From the NCBI GenBank assembly GCA_964522105.1, contig CAZFVA010000008.1, positions 20,225 through 84,224 on the forward strand: DNA of 64,000 nucleotides. The letters run 5' to 3'. The notes under the pieces were generated by a model that was given only the letters and a program-made list of their open reading frames with translations, was not told the DNA's origin and made no database searches. Below, piece by piece: positions 51,106 to 60,846 of this stretch. The stretch comes from an uncultured Anaeromyxobacteraceae bacterium. Its GTDB lineage: Bacteria; Myxococcota_A; UBA9042; DTJE01. A program made the translations under genes and the position numbers. Within the stretch, counting starts at the first letter, position 1, and each line of letters starts with the position of its first letter.

Positions 51106-52839
51106 ATGTCCCGTTTCCCGATGCTGCCGATTCTGCTGGGGGTCATTCTGGCCCTTGGATGTTCTGAAAGCGTAACGCCCGGTACCGATCTCGGTCAGGA
51201 CACATCAGTCACTGACATTGCGGTCACGGATATTCCGGTGGCGCAGGACGTCGTCGCGGACAGCCGTGACACCGTCCAGACCGACGTGGAGCCTGAGGTC
51301 ATCGCAGACGTAACGGTTGACGTGGACCTGGATGTAATTACCGACGTTCCGTCAGACGTAGTCGTCATCCCGGACGTGGCCCCCGGCACGTTCCCGGCGC
51401 GCGAACTGCCATTCGCATACGCCCGTCCGGCTGAAGGCGACCCGATTTCCGAAGCTGACGTAACCGCCTTCACAAAGAAAGTCACCGGCCTGTGGAAAAA
51501 GACGGGCTGGGCCCGCTGGATTCTGCGCACCAGCACCGGCGTTGACCAGTCAACGGGCAAGGACGACTACCTGGCCTGGCACAATGACATCGCGGCGGCA
51601 AAGGCTGATGGCGTCGTCACATTCAGTCACATGGGCGGCGAACACAACATGTGGATCCCGGGATCAAAGGTCCTGTCCGAGGCAATCGGCGGTTACCTGC
51701 TGACCGGCGACTGGGAATTTGCCAAAATGACCGAACAGTACTGCAAAGGACTGTCAGCGGTAATCAAGGGCTTCGTCTGGGATGAAGAAGACACAAACAC
51801 ATTCCTGATGGCCCGCGCAATCTTCCCGATGGACCAGTCCTTCACGCTTGATGAAACGAACTGGCAGGACGACGGCCGCAAGAAGGACGTCATCTTCAGC
51901 ACCATGTACAAAATCGAAGACGGCTGGAACGCCCACACATTCCCGTGGCCGAACAACCCGACGTGGGGCGCCGAGTACGTCACCAACATGCGCAGCAAAG
52001 ACGACGTACGCAGCATCGTCCGCACGACGATGTTCCTGCCTTACGTTCTGGAAGATGCGCCGGACGAATGGGTCAAATCGGCTTGCCAGGAAACGTGGGA
52101 CCTGATGAAAGGCTTCAACAAGGACATCGTTGACAGCGGATACAACATCCGGACCAAGGACAACACCGGCGCGGCGTACATCATCCCGTGTGAAGACCAG
52201 GATCTGGGCAGCTACATGTGCTACATCGGAATGGACCCGACGAACGAGTGCTGCCAGCGCATTTCATCTGATTTGATTGCCTACGGCGAACAACTGACAG
52301 AAGAATGCGGTAACTGCACCGGCAGCGTTTATGACGCCTACGCCAGCGTGGTCCACTTCTACAACATCCCGATAATCTGGGACTATCATATGGCGGCAGT
52401 CGGCAACGCCCTGGTAAACCTTCAGGCAAAGCTTGCATACAAGCTGCTTGGCGGCCTGGACGATCGCATCGACAGTTACATGCACCCGACCGAAGACGAA
52501 CCTGGCCACACGGACAGTGCCTGGAACAAGGAACTGGCGGTCCTGCTGGTCCAGACGGCCTCCGTCGGCCTGCCGCTTACATGGTTCGAGGCGACTCACA
52601 TTCACAAACAGTGGACTCAGGCTGTCACCGACTATGAAAACTGGCCGAACTGGGATCTGTGGGCTGAAACAGTGGCCGATGGCCCGGTCCAGGTCCGTCC
52701 CGGCGCGACCGACGGCGGCATCGACATCGAAGCCATCACAATGTTCCTGGAATACTGCAATTCACCTTTCAAGAATCCGGCAGGCGTCAAATTCATCGAC
52801 TGCGACATCGTGAAAGACCCGACCAAGTGGGGCGAGTAG
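51106..52839 (+). CDS. Hypothetical secreted lipoprotein with N-terminal D/V/T-rich repeat region
   Basis: Lipobox LALGCSES, degenerate VTDI/VADV repeats, and a large Trp-rich domain of unknown family. The last 14 codons lie in a 42-bp sequence that recurs at 55726. Confidence 0.55.
   Translation: MSRFPMLPILLGVILALGCSESVTPGTDLGQDTSVTDIAVTDIPVAQDVVADSRDTVQTDVEPEVIADVTVDVDLDVITDVPSDVVVIPDVAPGTFPARELPFAYARPAEGDPISEADVTAFTKKVTGLWKKTGWARWILRTSTGVDQSTGKDDYLAWHNDIAAAKADGVVTFSHMGGEHNMWIPGSKVLSEAIGGYLLTGDWEFAKMTEQYCKGLSAVIKGFVWDEEDTNTFLMARAIFPMDQSFTLDETNWQDDGRKKDVIFSTMYKIEDGWNAHTFPWPNNPTWGAEYVTNMRSKDDVRSIVRTTMFLPYVLEDAPDEWVKSACQETWDLMKGFNKDIVDSGYNIRTKDNTGAAYIIPCEDQDLGSYMCYIGMDPTNECCQRISSDLIAYGEQLTEECGNCTGSVYDAYASVVHFYNIPIIWDYHMAAVGNALVNLQAKLAYKLLGGLDDRIDSYMHPTEDEPGHTDSAWNKELAVLLVQTASVGLPLTWFEATHIHKQWTQAVTDYENWPNWDLWAETVADGPVQVRPGATDGGIDIEAITMFLEYCNSPFKNPAGVKFIDCDIVKDPTKWGE
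52797..52838. repeat. 42-bp direct repeat, copy 1 (cgactgcgacatcgtgaaagacccgaccaagtggggcgagta)
   Basis: Exact 42/42 identity with 55726-55767. It encodes the DCDIVKDPTKWGE tail of the 51106..52839 lipoprotein. Confidence 0.9.
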
Positions 52840-52861
52840 ACAATCGCCCGTACGGTCAATC

Positions 52862-54289
52862 TTACAATGCCGGGGCTTCGTCACATCGACCGTCAGGAGT
52901 TATTACACAGCAGTCGGCATTACGCCGGCGGCAAAGGCGATCTTCAGGAATCGGCTCACGGGCCAGCCTGGCTCTGGCCCATTCAATCTGTTCCATCAGC
53001 GACCAGAGACCGCCATCCGCGTGCCCGGCGTTCTTGCACGAGAGATAGTCAAGCTGGTATCCCTGATCACAGAGCCGATCAAAGTCCTGTTCCTGAAGAG
53101 GCGTGTTGATCATTTCGTCCAGCTCGGAATACACCATGAACGTCGGAATATGGCGGCGCGGTTTGACCGGTGAAGTCGCCACAGTGTTGACCCTCAGATA
53201 GCAGTCCCACGGCGGCAGTTCTTCCCATTTGTCGGCCATTACTTTTTCAATGAATTCGGGCTGATAGAACGTCTCCAGGGGAAGCGTCTCAAGCTGTTCA
53301 ACAGGCACCACGTCACCTGCCGAGCACTCGTCCTGCGGAAAGACGTAGTTGAAGGCATTAGTCGCAAGGTTATAAGGCTCCACGTCGGTCAATTCGGAGT
53401 GAAGGTCTTCCGGCATGCCGTACCAGGCTCGTTGCGCCGTCAAAAAGGCGGCGAAGCTTATGGTCGTCGGACCAGGATCTGTAAACGCCAGTGCGCCCAG
53501 CGGCCGCAAAGACGATGGGGGAAGGGACGCCAGGACGGCGACTGGCTCGAATTCTGGAGCGTAATATGGTCCGTACAGTTCGGTCATCAACGCGGCATGG
53601 CCTCCCTGCGACCCTCCCCAGATCAGCAGATCGTCCGTTATCTTCACCCTTTCCTGCAGTTCCGGCAGAGCCAGCAGTTCCCTGCCTGCCCGCACTGCGT
53701 CCCACGAACCGATCGCTGTCTGTTCCGCCACAAGATACCCGTGCGTCACCGTCGATGGCGCTCCGGAACCGTTCATCCCAATATAGTCGGGTGCGATTGT
53801 TACAAACCCCTCGGCAGCAAAGATACCGGCATGGAACGGTCCAAGAATCCCGCGGCTCGGCGCGCAGGGATCCGAAAATCCTGTCGTTCCATGCATGAAT
53901 ACCACCAGCGGATATTCCAGGCCTTCCTGCTGCACGAAGTCCGGGATACCCAGAATGGCCGTGGCCTCGACAAGTTGCCCGCGATCCTGCGTCGTGTACC
54001 TGAAACTGTATGTCCGGCAGCCGTTCTGAACAGGTGCCAACTTACCCAGATCATACAGTGGCAACAGGCCGTTAATGGTTTCAGGGTCGATATTGAAAGT
54101 CGGCAGTTCTTCCCACGACACCAGCTTACCGACCTGCTCGCGGGGAACCAGTTCGTACGGAGTCATCCCGCACAGAGCTACCGGCATGACGGCAGGCCCC
54201 AACTCATCTTCACCGCAGGCAGTCACCAGACTCAGACAGCACGAAACCGCCAGAGGCACCAGCGCCTTCACCAGGATTGCGAATCTCAT
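52862..54289 (-). CDS. Secreted alpha/beta-hydrolase lipase (LIP/secretory lipase family-like) lipoprotein
   Basis: Signal/lipobox (LVTACGE) and a GGSQGGHAA nucleophile elbow (GxSxG). The start was chosen at ATG 54289 (MRFAILV…). Confidence 0.6.
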   Translation of the reverse strand: MRFAILVKALVPLAVSCCLSLVTACGEDELGPAVMPVALCGMTPYELVPREQVGKLVSWEELPTFNIDPETINGLLPLYDLGKLAPVQNGCRTYSFRYTTQDRGQLVEATAILGIPDFVQQEGLEYPLVVFMHGTTGFSDPCAPSRGILGPFHAGIFAAEGFVTIAPDYIGMNGSGAPSTVTHGYLVAEQTAIGSWDAVRAGRELLALPELQERVKITDDLLIWGGSQGGHAALMTELYGPYYAPEFEPVAVLASLPPSSLRPLGALAFTDPGPTTISFAAFLTAQRAWYGMPEDLHSELTDVEPYNLATNAFNYVFPQDECSAGDVVPVEQLETLPLETFYQPEFIEKVMADKWEELPPWDCYLRVNTVATSPVKPRRHIPTFMVYSELDEMINTPLQEQDFDRLCDQGYQLDYLSCKNAGHADGGLWSLMEQIEWARARLAREPIPEDRLCRRRNADCCVITPDGRCDEAPAL

Positions 54290-54426
54290 TACTTCCCCCG
54301 GATAATATGTAAATGCTTTTGACCGCACGTGACGACGACCATGGTCAATGTTAGCATAATAAGGCAGTAACTGTCACAATATCACGGCCACTTGCGGAGC
54401 TACCCATCAGGACGGGAGGTAAAACG

Positions 54427-55698
54427 ATGAAAGCCGGTTTCGCCACAATATCGATTCTGCCACCGCGCGCATCCCTGGGAGGTGTGGCCGACGATCGCAT
54501 GCCGCGCTGGTACACTTCGGTGCTGGACCAGCCACGCGCGCGGGCAATCGCCCTCGAGGACATCTCGACAAGTGTGGTACTGATTTCTGCCAACCTTCTG
54601 GATTTTCCCGCGCCACTTACCGACGCGGTCCGCGCCCGGTTCAGGTCTCGAGTCCCAGGTGACGTCGAACTGATCCTGCACGGCGACCACACGCACAGCG
54701 GGCCTGGAAATTTCTGGCCACATCTGCTGGCCCCGAAGTTTCTGGGTCCTTACATGCCTGAAAACCTGAACTTCCTGGCAGACGCCCTGGCCGAGGTTGC
54801 CGGGCTGGCGTGGGAATCGCGAAAGGATGCCTCGGTCAGGTGGGCACGAGCAGTGGTCGATGGCCTGCAGGTTAACCGCAGGCGGCCCGATGGTCCGACC
54901 GATCCGCAGCTTCGCGTATTGACTTTCCACGACGAAAACGAAGCAGCAATGGGCGCTGTCGTTCATTTTACAGCCCACCCCAGAATCGTTGCCGAAAGCT
55001 GCGACCAGTTCTGGGCCGCATCCGGGGACTGGCCCGGAGCAGTCTCGACAGCCCTGGAAAAAGAGTTCCCCTGCGTGGCCGTCCTGAACGGGGCGTTAGG
55101 CGGAATTGACCCGATAATGCCACCGCAGCCTTACCAGGCCGGACCTGCCCTGACTGCCTTCGTCGATCCACTGGTAGCCGCCGTCAGATCTGCCATTGAA
55201 GGCGCCGCACCTGCAAAGCCATTCGTGTCTTTCCACCGTTCCGAGGCGGTATTTGATCGATTCAGGGCCGACCCGTGGCCAGACGGCTTTGCCTGGTGGA
55301 CGCCACTGACCTGGCCGCTTGTCAGATTCTGGGATTTCGTGGCATCACGCCGCATCCCCAAGCCGCACCGCGTTCCAGTTTCCGCACTGCGCATCGGTGA
55401 CATCGCATTTGTCTTCCATCCATCGGACTATGGCGTCGGATGCGGCATTGTCACCCGCGAAAACGGACGGCTGCTGGGATTGGACGCCATGGCAGTCTGT
55501 CACGCCGACGATTATGCAGGGTATATCCAACCGGCTGACGAGATGGACAAGATCCCCCTGCCCCGGGATCCGTACCGGTTTTTCACAATCTATGAAAACC
55601 TGATGGGCTTTCACGGCCGTGATGCTGCAAAGATATTCGCCGCCGCAGAAAAGGACGCCCTGTCCCACGTCGCCAAAACCCGGTCCAGATTTCCATGA
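54427..55698 (+). CDS. Neutral/alkaline ceramidase-like hydrolase (N-terminal catalytic domain family)
   Basis: GFATISILPP…GGVADDRM…HGDHTHSGPG pattern resembling the neutral ceramidase N-terminal domain. AAGG RBS. Confidence 0.5.
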   Translation: MKAGFATISILPPRASLGGVADDRMPRWYTSVLDQPRARAIALEDISTSVVLISANLLDFPAPLTDAVRARFRSRVPGDVELILHGDHTHSGPGNFWPHLLAPKFLGPYMPENLNFLADALAEVAGLAWESRKDASVRWARAVVDGLQVNRRRPDGPTDPQLRVLTFHDENEAAMGAVVHFTAHPRIVAESCDQFWAASGDWPGAVSTALEKEFPCVAVLNGALGGIDPIMPPQPYQAGPALTAFVDPLVAAVRSAIEGAAPAKPFVSFHRSEAVFDRFRADPWPDGFAWWTPLTWPLVRFWDFVASRRIPKPHRVPVSALRIGDIAFVFHPSDYGVGCGIVTRENGRLLGLDAMAVCHADDYAGYIQPADEMDKIPLPRDPYRFFTIYENLMGFHGRDAAKIFAAAEKDALSHVAKTRSRFP

Positions 55699-55721
55699 AT
55701 TGATTGACCCGGGCCCAGGGG

Positions 55722-56390
55722 CTACCGACTGCGACATCGTGAAAGACCCGACCAAGTGGGGCGAGTAACCGGAACGGCATCTGCCTGACCAGGCGTATCA
55801 CCCGGACAGGTCTCGAAATCATCGACCAGCGGGTCAAATGTCCCGTCAAAATTCACCAATCTGCATACGATCGGCAGTGAGCGAACCGGATAACAGCCGT
55901 CCTGCACCAGCGCATCGTCATTTTCGATCTGCAGACAGTCCGGTGGCTGGCAGGCACGCCATCCGAATCCAAACGACGAGTGATAAAACCGGTAGGTCAG
56001 ACCATCGTATTTCAGTCTTATAGAGTCGTTATGGTGTTGCCCACCCCAGTTGTAGGTGGCGTCCTCGACCACTTCAACAACCCCGTTGATGGAGACCCAT
56101 GCACCCGCAGTTTCATAGTGACAGACCTCTTCCGTACCGCATGAAATCGGGGTTGTCCGGATGTAGAAATATCCGTTGATTTCGCCGTAGTTGAACGAAC
56201 ATACGAAGTCCGCATCGCTGACCGATTTGTACGGTTCCAGGTCATATTCGCGCAGAGTGCGAATCTGGAATCCAAAACAGGTCTCGAAGCAATCGGTCAC
56301 GACAGTTGCGTCATCATCCGGATTCCGGGCGACCGACTCACACCCGCCAGTTACAATAACTAGTAACAAAATGATGATGTTACGCAGCAT
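55722..56390 (-). CDS. Cys-rich hypothetical lipoprotein
   Basis: Lipobox IVTGGCES and ~14 Cys. Its C-terminal 14 residues are encoded by the repeat copy, which suggests the 3' end was remodelled. Confidence 0.5.
   Translation of the reverse strand: MLRNIIILLLVIVTGGCESVARNPDDDATVVTDCFETCFGFQIRTLREYDLEPYKSVSDADFVCSFNYGEINGYFYIRTTPISCGTEEVCHYETAGAWVSINGVVEVVEDATYNWGGQHHNDSIRLKYDGLTYRFYHSSFGFGWRACQPPDCLQIENDDALVQDGCYPVRSLPIVCRLVNFDGTFDPLVDDFETCPGDTPGQADAVPVTRPTWSGLSRCRSR
55726..55767. repeat. 42-bp direct repeat, copy 2
   Basis: Identical to 52797-52838. The next base after the repeat differs (taa here versus tag in copy 1). On the minus strand it supplies the last 14 codons (…TRPTWSGLSRCRSR*) of the 55722..56390 lipoprotein, in a different frame. 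Confidence 0.9.
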
Positions 56391-56391
56391 C

Positions 56392-57588
56392 TTAATCCTG
56401 CCTGTCCGGCTGGAAGGTTTTCACACATCTTACGTTAAAACTGGCTGAAGTCGGGGTTTGGTGCACATGACCGCTGGCCATATGCACTATGAAAACTGAC
56501 GCCGGGGTTGTCATGATCGGGTTGGGTGTAGAAGTCCAGAAATAAAGATTATTTCCGCAGAACTTTCCAAGGTCGTCGCTCCACCTGACACAACCTTCTT
56601 CGGCAACCATTACGTCGATTATTGAAACAATTTCAGTAGTTGTAGGAACGCGCCACCCGCTGCCTTTGTCAGCACATGCACTCAGGGCACCTTTCCAATC
56701 AATATCCAGACCTGAAAAAGTTGATTCCCATGCAATACCGGTCAGCCTGTCAAACACGATCTCCGGGAATTTCAGAAATCGCCCTGGAAGGCTGGCGCTG
56801 GCCGGCTCGGGGGCACGGACGCATCGCACCGGATAGAACGCTTCACGCTCGCAGGCTTCAATGTTTCCGCGACGATGAACTGTACAGAAGTTCGCCGACA
56901 TATAGGCCTGTGTGCCTGACCAGTACATCTGGTCTCCGGCACATCCGGTCCCGAAAACAGGATCCCACATACAGTCGTCATTACCGGCATCAACAAGAGT
57001 AAAGAGTTCAAAAATGTCGGCCATGCGCCAGCCAGCCCCGGGAAGATCAGGCGGATCTGAACAATAGCCGGCGGCAGCCTCAAGGGATAACGCCCCTGTT
57101 GCTCTGGCGGCCCAGATTAACGATGTTGCCGTATCAAGAACAGTCCCGTCATTATTATCTACAAAGGCGCGTGCACCACCGGCGACATGGGAATCCTGAC
57201 CGTACCAGGGCTGGCCGTATTGAATATTGCTGCAGGAAGCCAGATCTTCATCTTTCAGACACTGTTTTGAACCTGTGGGGACTGCCCGGCAGTGGCAACC
57301 GTCTGAAATAGCAAAATTGGACGGGCAGGTGTCAGTCCAACATTCTTCCAGACAGATTCCTTCCTGACATGCGCCGTTGTTACAGGGCGTACCATCGGGC
57401 GCCACTTCCGCCTGACAGTTTGCAAGTTCCGAATTCCAGACAAGAATCTCGCACTCACGGGTTGAAGGCGCGCAGGTCGAAACTGCGTCTGCCTGGACGT
57501 CGTCGATTACTTCCAACGGAAGTTGATTCGACAATCCACAGGCGCTCAAAGTCGCGGCAAGCAGAATTAAGAACACAGTCCACTTCAT
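56392..57588 (-). CDS. Lipoprotein with two DUF1566 (Lcl C-terminal-like) domains and Cys-rich N-terminal region
   Basis: Lipobox LSACG. Carries LIWAARATG…GYCSD…GWRMADIFEL…YWSGT and IAWESTFSG…GWRVPTTTEI…YFWTSTP, which are two DUF1566 signature units. Confidence 0.6.
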   Translation of the reverse strand: MKWTVFLILLAATLSACGLSNQLPLEVIDDVQADAVSTCAPSTRECEILVWNSELANCQAEVAPDGTPCNNGACQEGICLEECWTDTCPSNFAISDGCHCRAVPTGSKQCLKDEDLASCSNIQYGQPWYGQDSHVAGGARAFVDNNDGTVLDTATSLIWAARATGALSLEAAAGYCSDPPDLPGAGWRMADIFELFTLVDAGNDDCMWDPVFGTGCAGDQMYWSGTQAYMSANFCTVHRRGNIEACEREAFYPVRCVRAPEPASASLPGRFLKFPEIVFDRLTGIAWESTFSGLDIDWKGALSACADKGSGWRVPTTTEIVSIIDVMVAEEGCVRWSDDLGKFCGNNLYFWTSTPNPIMTTPASVFIVHMASGHVHQTPTSASFNVRCVKTFQPDRQD

Positions 57589-57783
57589 ACGTATAACCGA
57601 TTCAAGGAAGTTGATTCGGGCCCCGGAAATCGATCCTTGGCGGTCATATTATCAGTGTAATCAAAGACCTTCAAACATTAGTCCATCGCCGGTCTACCGG
57701 GTCAGAAAGCTGCTGCGAAACATTAGGAATGAGGTTTGTTTTTCATCCCGGCAACAAGGTCACCATTCCGAAAAAATTGGCGA

Positions 57784-59787
57784 TTACTGAACAGAGTCGG
57801 AATGTTCCAGCGCAGCAAGTTCTTCAGCGGCGGAAGTCCACTGGTCAAAAACCTCGTCCAGCTTTGAACGCAGTTCCCTTGCCTGGTCACCAACGACCCT
57901 CGCGCGGTCAAGGTCTTCATACAGGTCGGGGGAAACAAGTTCTTCTTCAACCTTGTGAAGCTCGGTTTCAAGGGCCGTTATCTTCTGTTCGAACTTCTCG
58001 ACTTTGTCGCGCAATGGCTTCAGCAGCCGGTATAGACGGTTTCTGCGCTCGGCTTCGTCACGCTTGCGCTCACGGTCCTGATTTCTGCGCGCCGCCGACG
58101 CAGCGTCGGATTCTGAAACAGGCTGCGCTTCGGTCTGCGCGGTAAGGCCACCGGTGCGCGAAACGTAATACGTGTAGTTGCCTTCGTACCTGGCAGCCTG
58201 ACCATCCCTGATTTCAACGACCGCTGATGCGACGTTATCCATAAAACGACGGTCATGGGTCGTGAAGATGATAGCCCCGGAATGTTCCTTCAACGCCCGC
58301 TCAAGGACTTCGCGCGACGCGATATCAAGATGGTTCGTCGGCTCGTCCATCACCAGGATTCCAAACGGTTGCAGCAGTATCCTGGCAAGCATCAGGCGGG
58401 CCTTTTCGCCGCCCGACAATGACACAACCTTTTTGTCGTAATCGTCATCACCAAAAAGGAAAGCGCCCAACAGCGACTTGACGTGCGGCGCGGTGTGAAG
58501 GTCGGCCACGGCAAGCATCGTCTGTTCCAGCGTCAGGTCCGGATTCAGAATTTCATACTGGTCCTGCGCGAAGTAGCCGACTTTGACGTTGTCGGCCAGC
58601 ATCACTTTACCTTCGTCCGGCACCGTCACACCGGCGGCAAGACGCAGCAGCGTAGACTTTCCTGCACCGTTCAGACCGACCAGCGCAAGACGTTCGCCGC
58701 GATGCAGGCGCAGATTCAGGCCCTCAAACACCGTTCGCGCGCCATATCTGCGGGTCACATCTTCAAGGCTCAGTGCAAGGTCGGGCGACCTTGGCGGCGA
58801 TGGAAACTTGAAACGGACGTTGCGGACGCCTTCCGGGGGATGAAGTCTTTCAACCTTTTCCAGCGCCCTGATACGCGACTGAACGACCTGCGCCCTGTCC
58901 TTCCTGACGCGGTTCTTCGCGATGAAGTCCTCGATATCCCTTATCTTATCAAGCTGTTCTTCATATTTCTTCCAGGCAAGTTCCATGGCCTTGGCGCGCT
59001 CTTCCACATACCGGTCATAAACTGGCTGCTTCGGATTGCCACCAAAATCGGTGGCACCGTCCCGCGACACCTCGACCACTTTTGTGACAGTACGATTAAG
59101 GAAAAAACGATCGTGCGCCACCATCACAACGGCGCCCGGGAACGTCTGCAGGTAATTTTCAAACCACAGAATCCCTTCAAGATCCAGATGGTTGGTCGGT
59201 TCGTCAAGAAGCAGAAGGTCGGGCGAATCAAGCAGCAGCCGCGCCAGTTCGACACGCATCAGCAGCCCGCCCGACATCGTCCCGACAGGTCTGTTCAGAT
59301 CGTCCTGAGCAAATCCAAGACCTGTCAGAATCGACATCGCCTTCGACGGCATCGCGTCTGCTTCAGCCGCGGTCAGACGGTCCTCAATTTCGGCAAGCCT
59401 GTGAACGACCGCATCATGAGAATCGTCGTGCACGTCCCCGCCATGAGCGGCCATATGCCTGTCCAGCTCGGCCAGACATTCCGCCTTGCGATCCAGAAGT
59501 TCGCCGACGCCACGCGCATTTCTGACACAGAATTGAACAAGACCGAGATCACCGGCGCAGCTCGGATGAATCTCCTGCTGCAGATAACCGAGCCTGATTC
59601 CTTTCTGAATTTCGATGCGGCCTGCATCGGCACTGATTTCACCAAGGATTATGCGGAACAGCGTCGTCTTGCCGGTACCGTTCGGCCCGACCAGACCTAT
59701 CCTGTCCCGCTGATTAATGCGGATATTTACGCCTGAAAAAAGCAGGCGGGACCCAAACGACTTCCTTATGTCTATAAGGTCAAGCAT
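57784..59787 (-). CDS. ABC-F family ATP-binding cassette protein (two ABC domains, no TMD)
   Basis: Two Walker A sites (GPNGTGKTT, GLNGAGKST), two LSGG signatures, and the inter-domain linker of ABC-F. Confidence 0.9.
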   Translation of the reverse strand: MLDLIDIRKSFGSRLLFSGVNIRINQRDRIGLVGPNGTGKTTLFRIILGEISADAGRIEIQKGIRLGYLQQEIHPSCAGDLGLVQFCVRNARGVGELLDRKAECLAELDRHMAAHGGDVHDDSHDAVVHRLAEIEDRLTAAEADAMPSKAMSILTGLGFAQDDLNRPVGTMSGGLLMRVELARLLLDSPDLLLLDEPTNHLDLEGILWFENYLQTFPGAVVMVAHDRFFLNRTVTKVVEVSRDGATDFGGNPKQPVYDRYVEERAKAMELAWKKYEEQLDKIRDIEDFIAKNRVRKDRAQVVQSRIRALEKVERLHPPEGVRNVRFKFPSPPRSPDLALSLEDVTRRYGARTVFEGLNLRLHRGERLALVGLNGAGKSTLLRLAAGVTVPDEGKVMLADNVKVGYFAQDQYEILNPDLTLEQTMLAVADLHTAPHVKSLLGAFLFGDDDYDKKVVSLSGGEKARLMLARILLQPFGILVMDEPTNHLDIASREVLERALKEHSGAIIFTTHDRRFMDNVASAVVEIRDGQAARYEGNYTYYVSRTGGLTAQTEAQPVSESDAASAARRNQDRERKRDEAERRNRLYRLLKPLRDKVEKFEQKITALETELHKVEEELVSPDLYEDLDRARVVGDQARELRSKLDEVFDQWTSAAEELAALEHSDSVQ

Positions 59788-59915
59788 GGTCGCGGAGATT
59801 AGCGCATCAACGCCTTTGTTGGAATACCTGTTTAACGCCGTCTTCAGTTGCAGCCACGGTCCAATAGGACTATAAAGCGCCTTGGGACACAGTACGCCGG
59901 AGGTCCGTCAGCATT

Positions 59916-60587
59916 ATGACCCGCAATTCACCGTACAACATCAAGGTTTCACCGTCGATCATCGCCGGCGACCAGGGACGGCTTGCTGAAGAAGTTCGAG
60001 CACTTGACAAGGCCGGAGCCGACATGATTCACCTTGACATCATGGACGGACAGTTCGTTTCAAATATCACGATAGGTCCCGATGTTGTCGCCGACCTGCG
60101 CAAACACACATCGCTGCCGTTTGACTGTCACCTGATGCTGCTGCAACCGTGGCGCTACGTGCCACAGTTCGTCAAGGCCGGGGCAGACAGAATAGCCGTT
60201 CATGTAGAAACGTCCAACGTATCAGACACTTTGAAGATGATTCGCGATGCAGGGGTAAGTCCGGGCATCGCGATTAACCCGCCGACCGGCATTGAAACAA
60301 TCTTCAACTATCTTGAATTAGTTGACTTTGTTCTGGTCATGACGGTCAACCCGGGATTTTATGGTCAGCCTCTTATCCCCGAAGCACTTGACAAGCTGGC
60401 CGTGCTGCGACAGAATTCCGTCGCTTCAGGTCGGAAGATGACCATTCAGGTGGACGGGGGCATCAGGGCCGCCAACATTCGGCAAGTGGCCGAAGCTGGC
60501 GCTGATGAAATTGTGGCCGGTGCTGCGGTTCTTAAAACTGCTGATTACCGGGAAGCAATCCAGTTCCTTCGGAAAGGCGGAATCTGA
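59916..60587 (+). CDS. rpe: Ribulose-phosphate 3-epimerase
   Basis: SPSIIAGD, HLDIMDG and VDGGI motifs; 223 aa. Confidence 0.9.
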   Translation: MTRNSPYNIKVSPSIIAGDQGRLAEEVRALDKAGADMIHLDIMDGQFVSNITIGPDVVADLRKHTSLPFDCHLMLLQPWRYVPQFVKAGADRIAVHVETSNVSDTLKMIRDAGVSPGIAINPPTGIETIFNYLELVDFVLVMTVNPGFYGQPLIPEALDKLAVLRQNSVASGRKMTIQVDGGIRAANIRQVAEAGADEIVAGAAVLKTADYREAIQFLRKGGI

Positions 60588-60599
60588 CCGGTTGTTAAA

Positions 60600-60676
60600 C
60601 GGGGCGTAGCGCAGTCTGGTAGCGCACATGGTTCGGGACCATGGAGTCGCTGGTTCGAATCCAGTCGCCCCGACCA
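60600..60676 (+). tRNA. tRNA-Pro (anticodon CGG)
   Basis: Hand-folded cloverleaf. The acceptor stem CGGGGCG/CGCCCCG has the C1-G72 pair typical of tRNA-Pro. The anticodon loop is TTCGGGA, with G37 next to the anticodon. T-loop TTCGAAT, encoded CCA, 77 nt. Confidence 0.85.
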
Positions 60677-60751
60677 ATAACAGTATCGAGTCTTCACTAA
60701 CCCTGACGGGGTTTCTGTACCCTCGATGACCGTATTTCATCCCCTGGCCGC

Positions 60752-60781
60752 TTGACAATGCTTTTCCCCGGTTGATACCAT
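60752..60781 (+). promoter_or_regulatory. Candidate sigma70-like promoter (TTGACA-18nt-TACCAT) upstream of the paired radical SAM operon
   Basis: ttgaca at 60752-60757 and taccat at 60776-60781, about 65 nt upstream of ATG 60847. Confidence 0.3.
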
Positions 60782-60846
60782 GTCACGTTATTTTGCCCGG
60801 GGCGGATGCGCCCGTACCACACCGATTTTTGCGGAGGACACCTGGA

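Noticed and set aside
58483-59736. 417-aa + strand ORF
   Set aside because: It is antisense to the ABC-F ATPase gene and is a shadow ORF.
60600-60846. tRNA-Pro as attachment site of an integrated element
   Set aside because: No integrase or recombinase gene was found, and no downstream repeat of the tRNA 3' end was detected by eye. The downstream cassette may still be accessory, but a classical att-flanked island is not supported.
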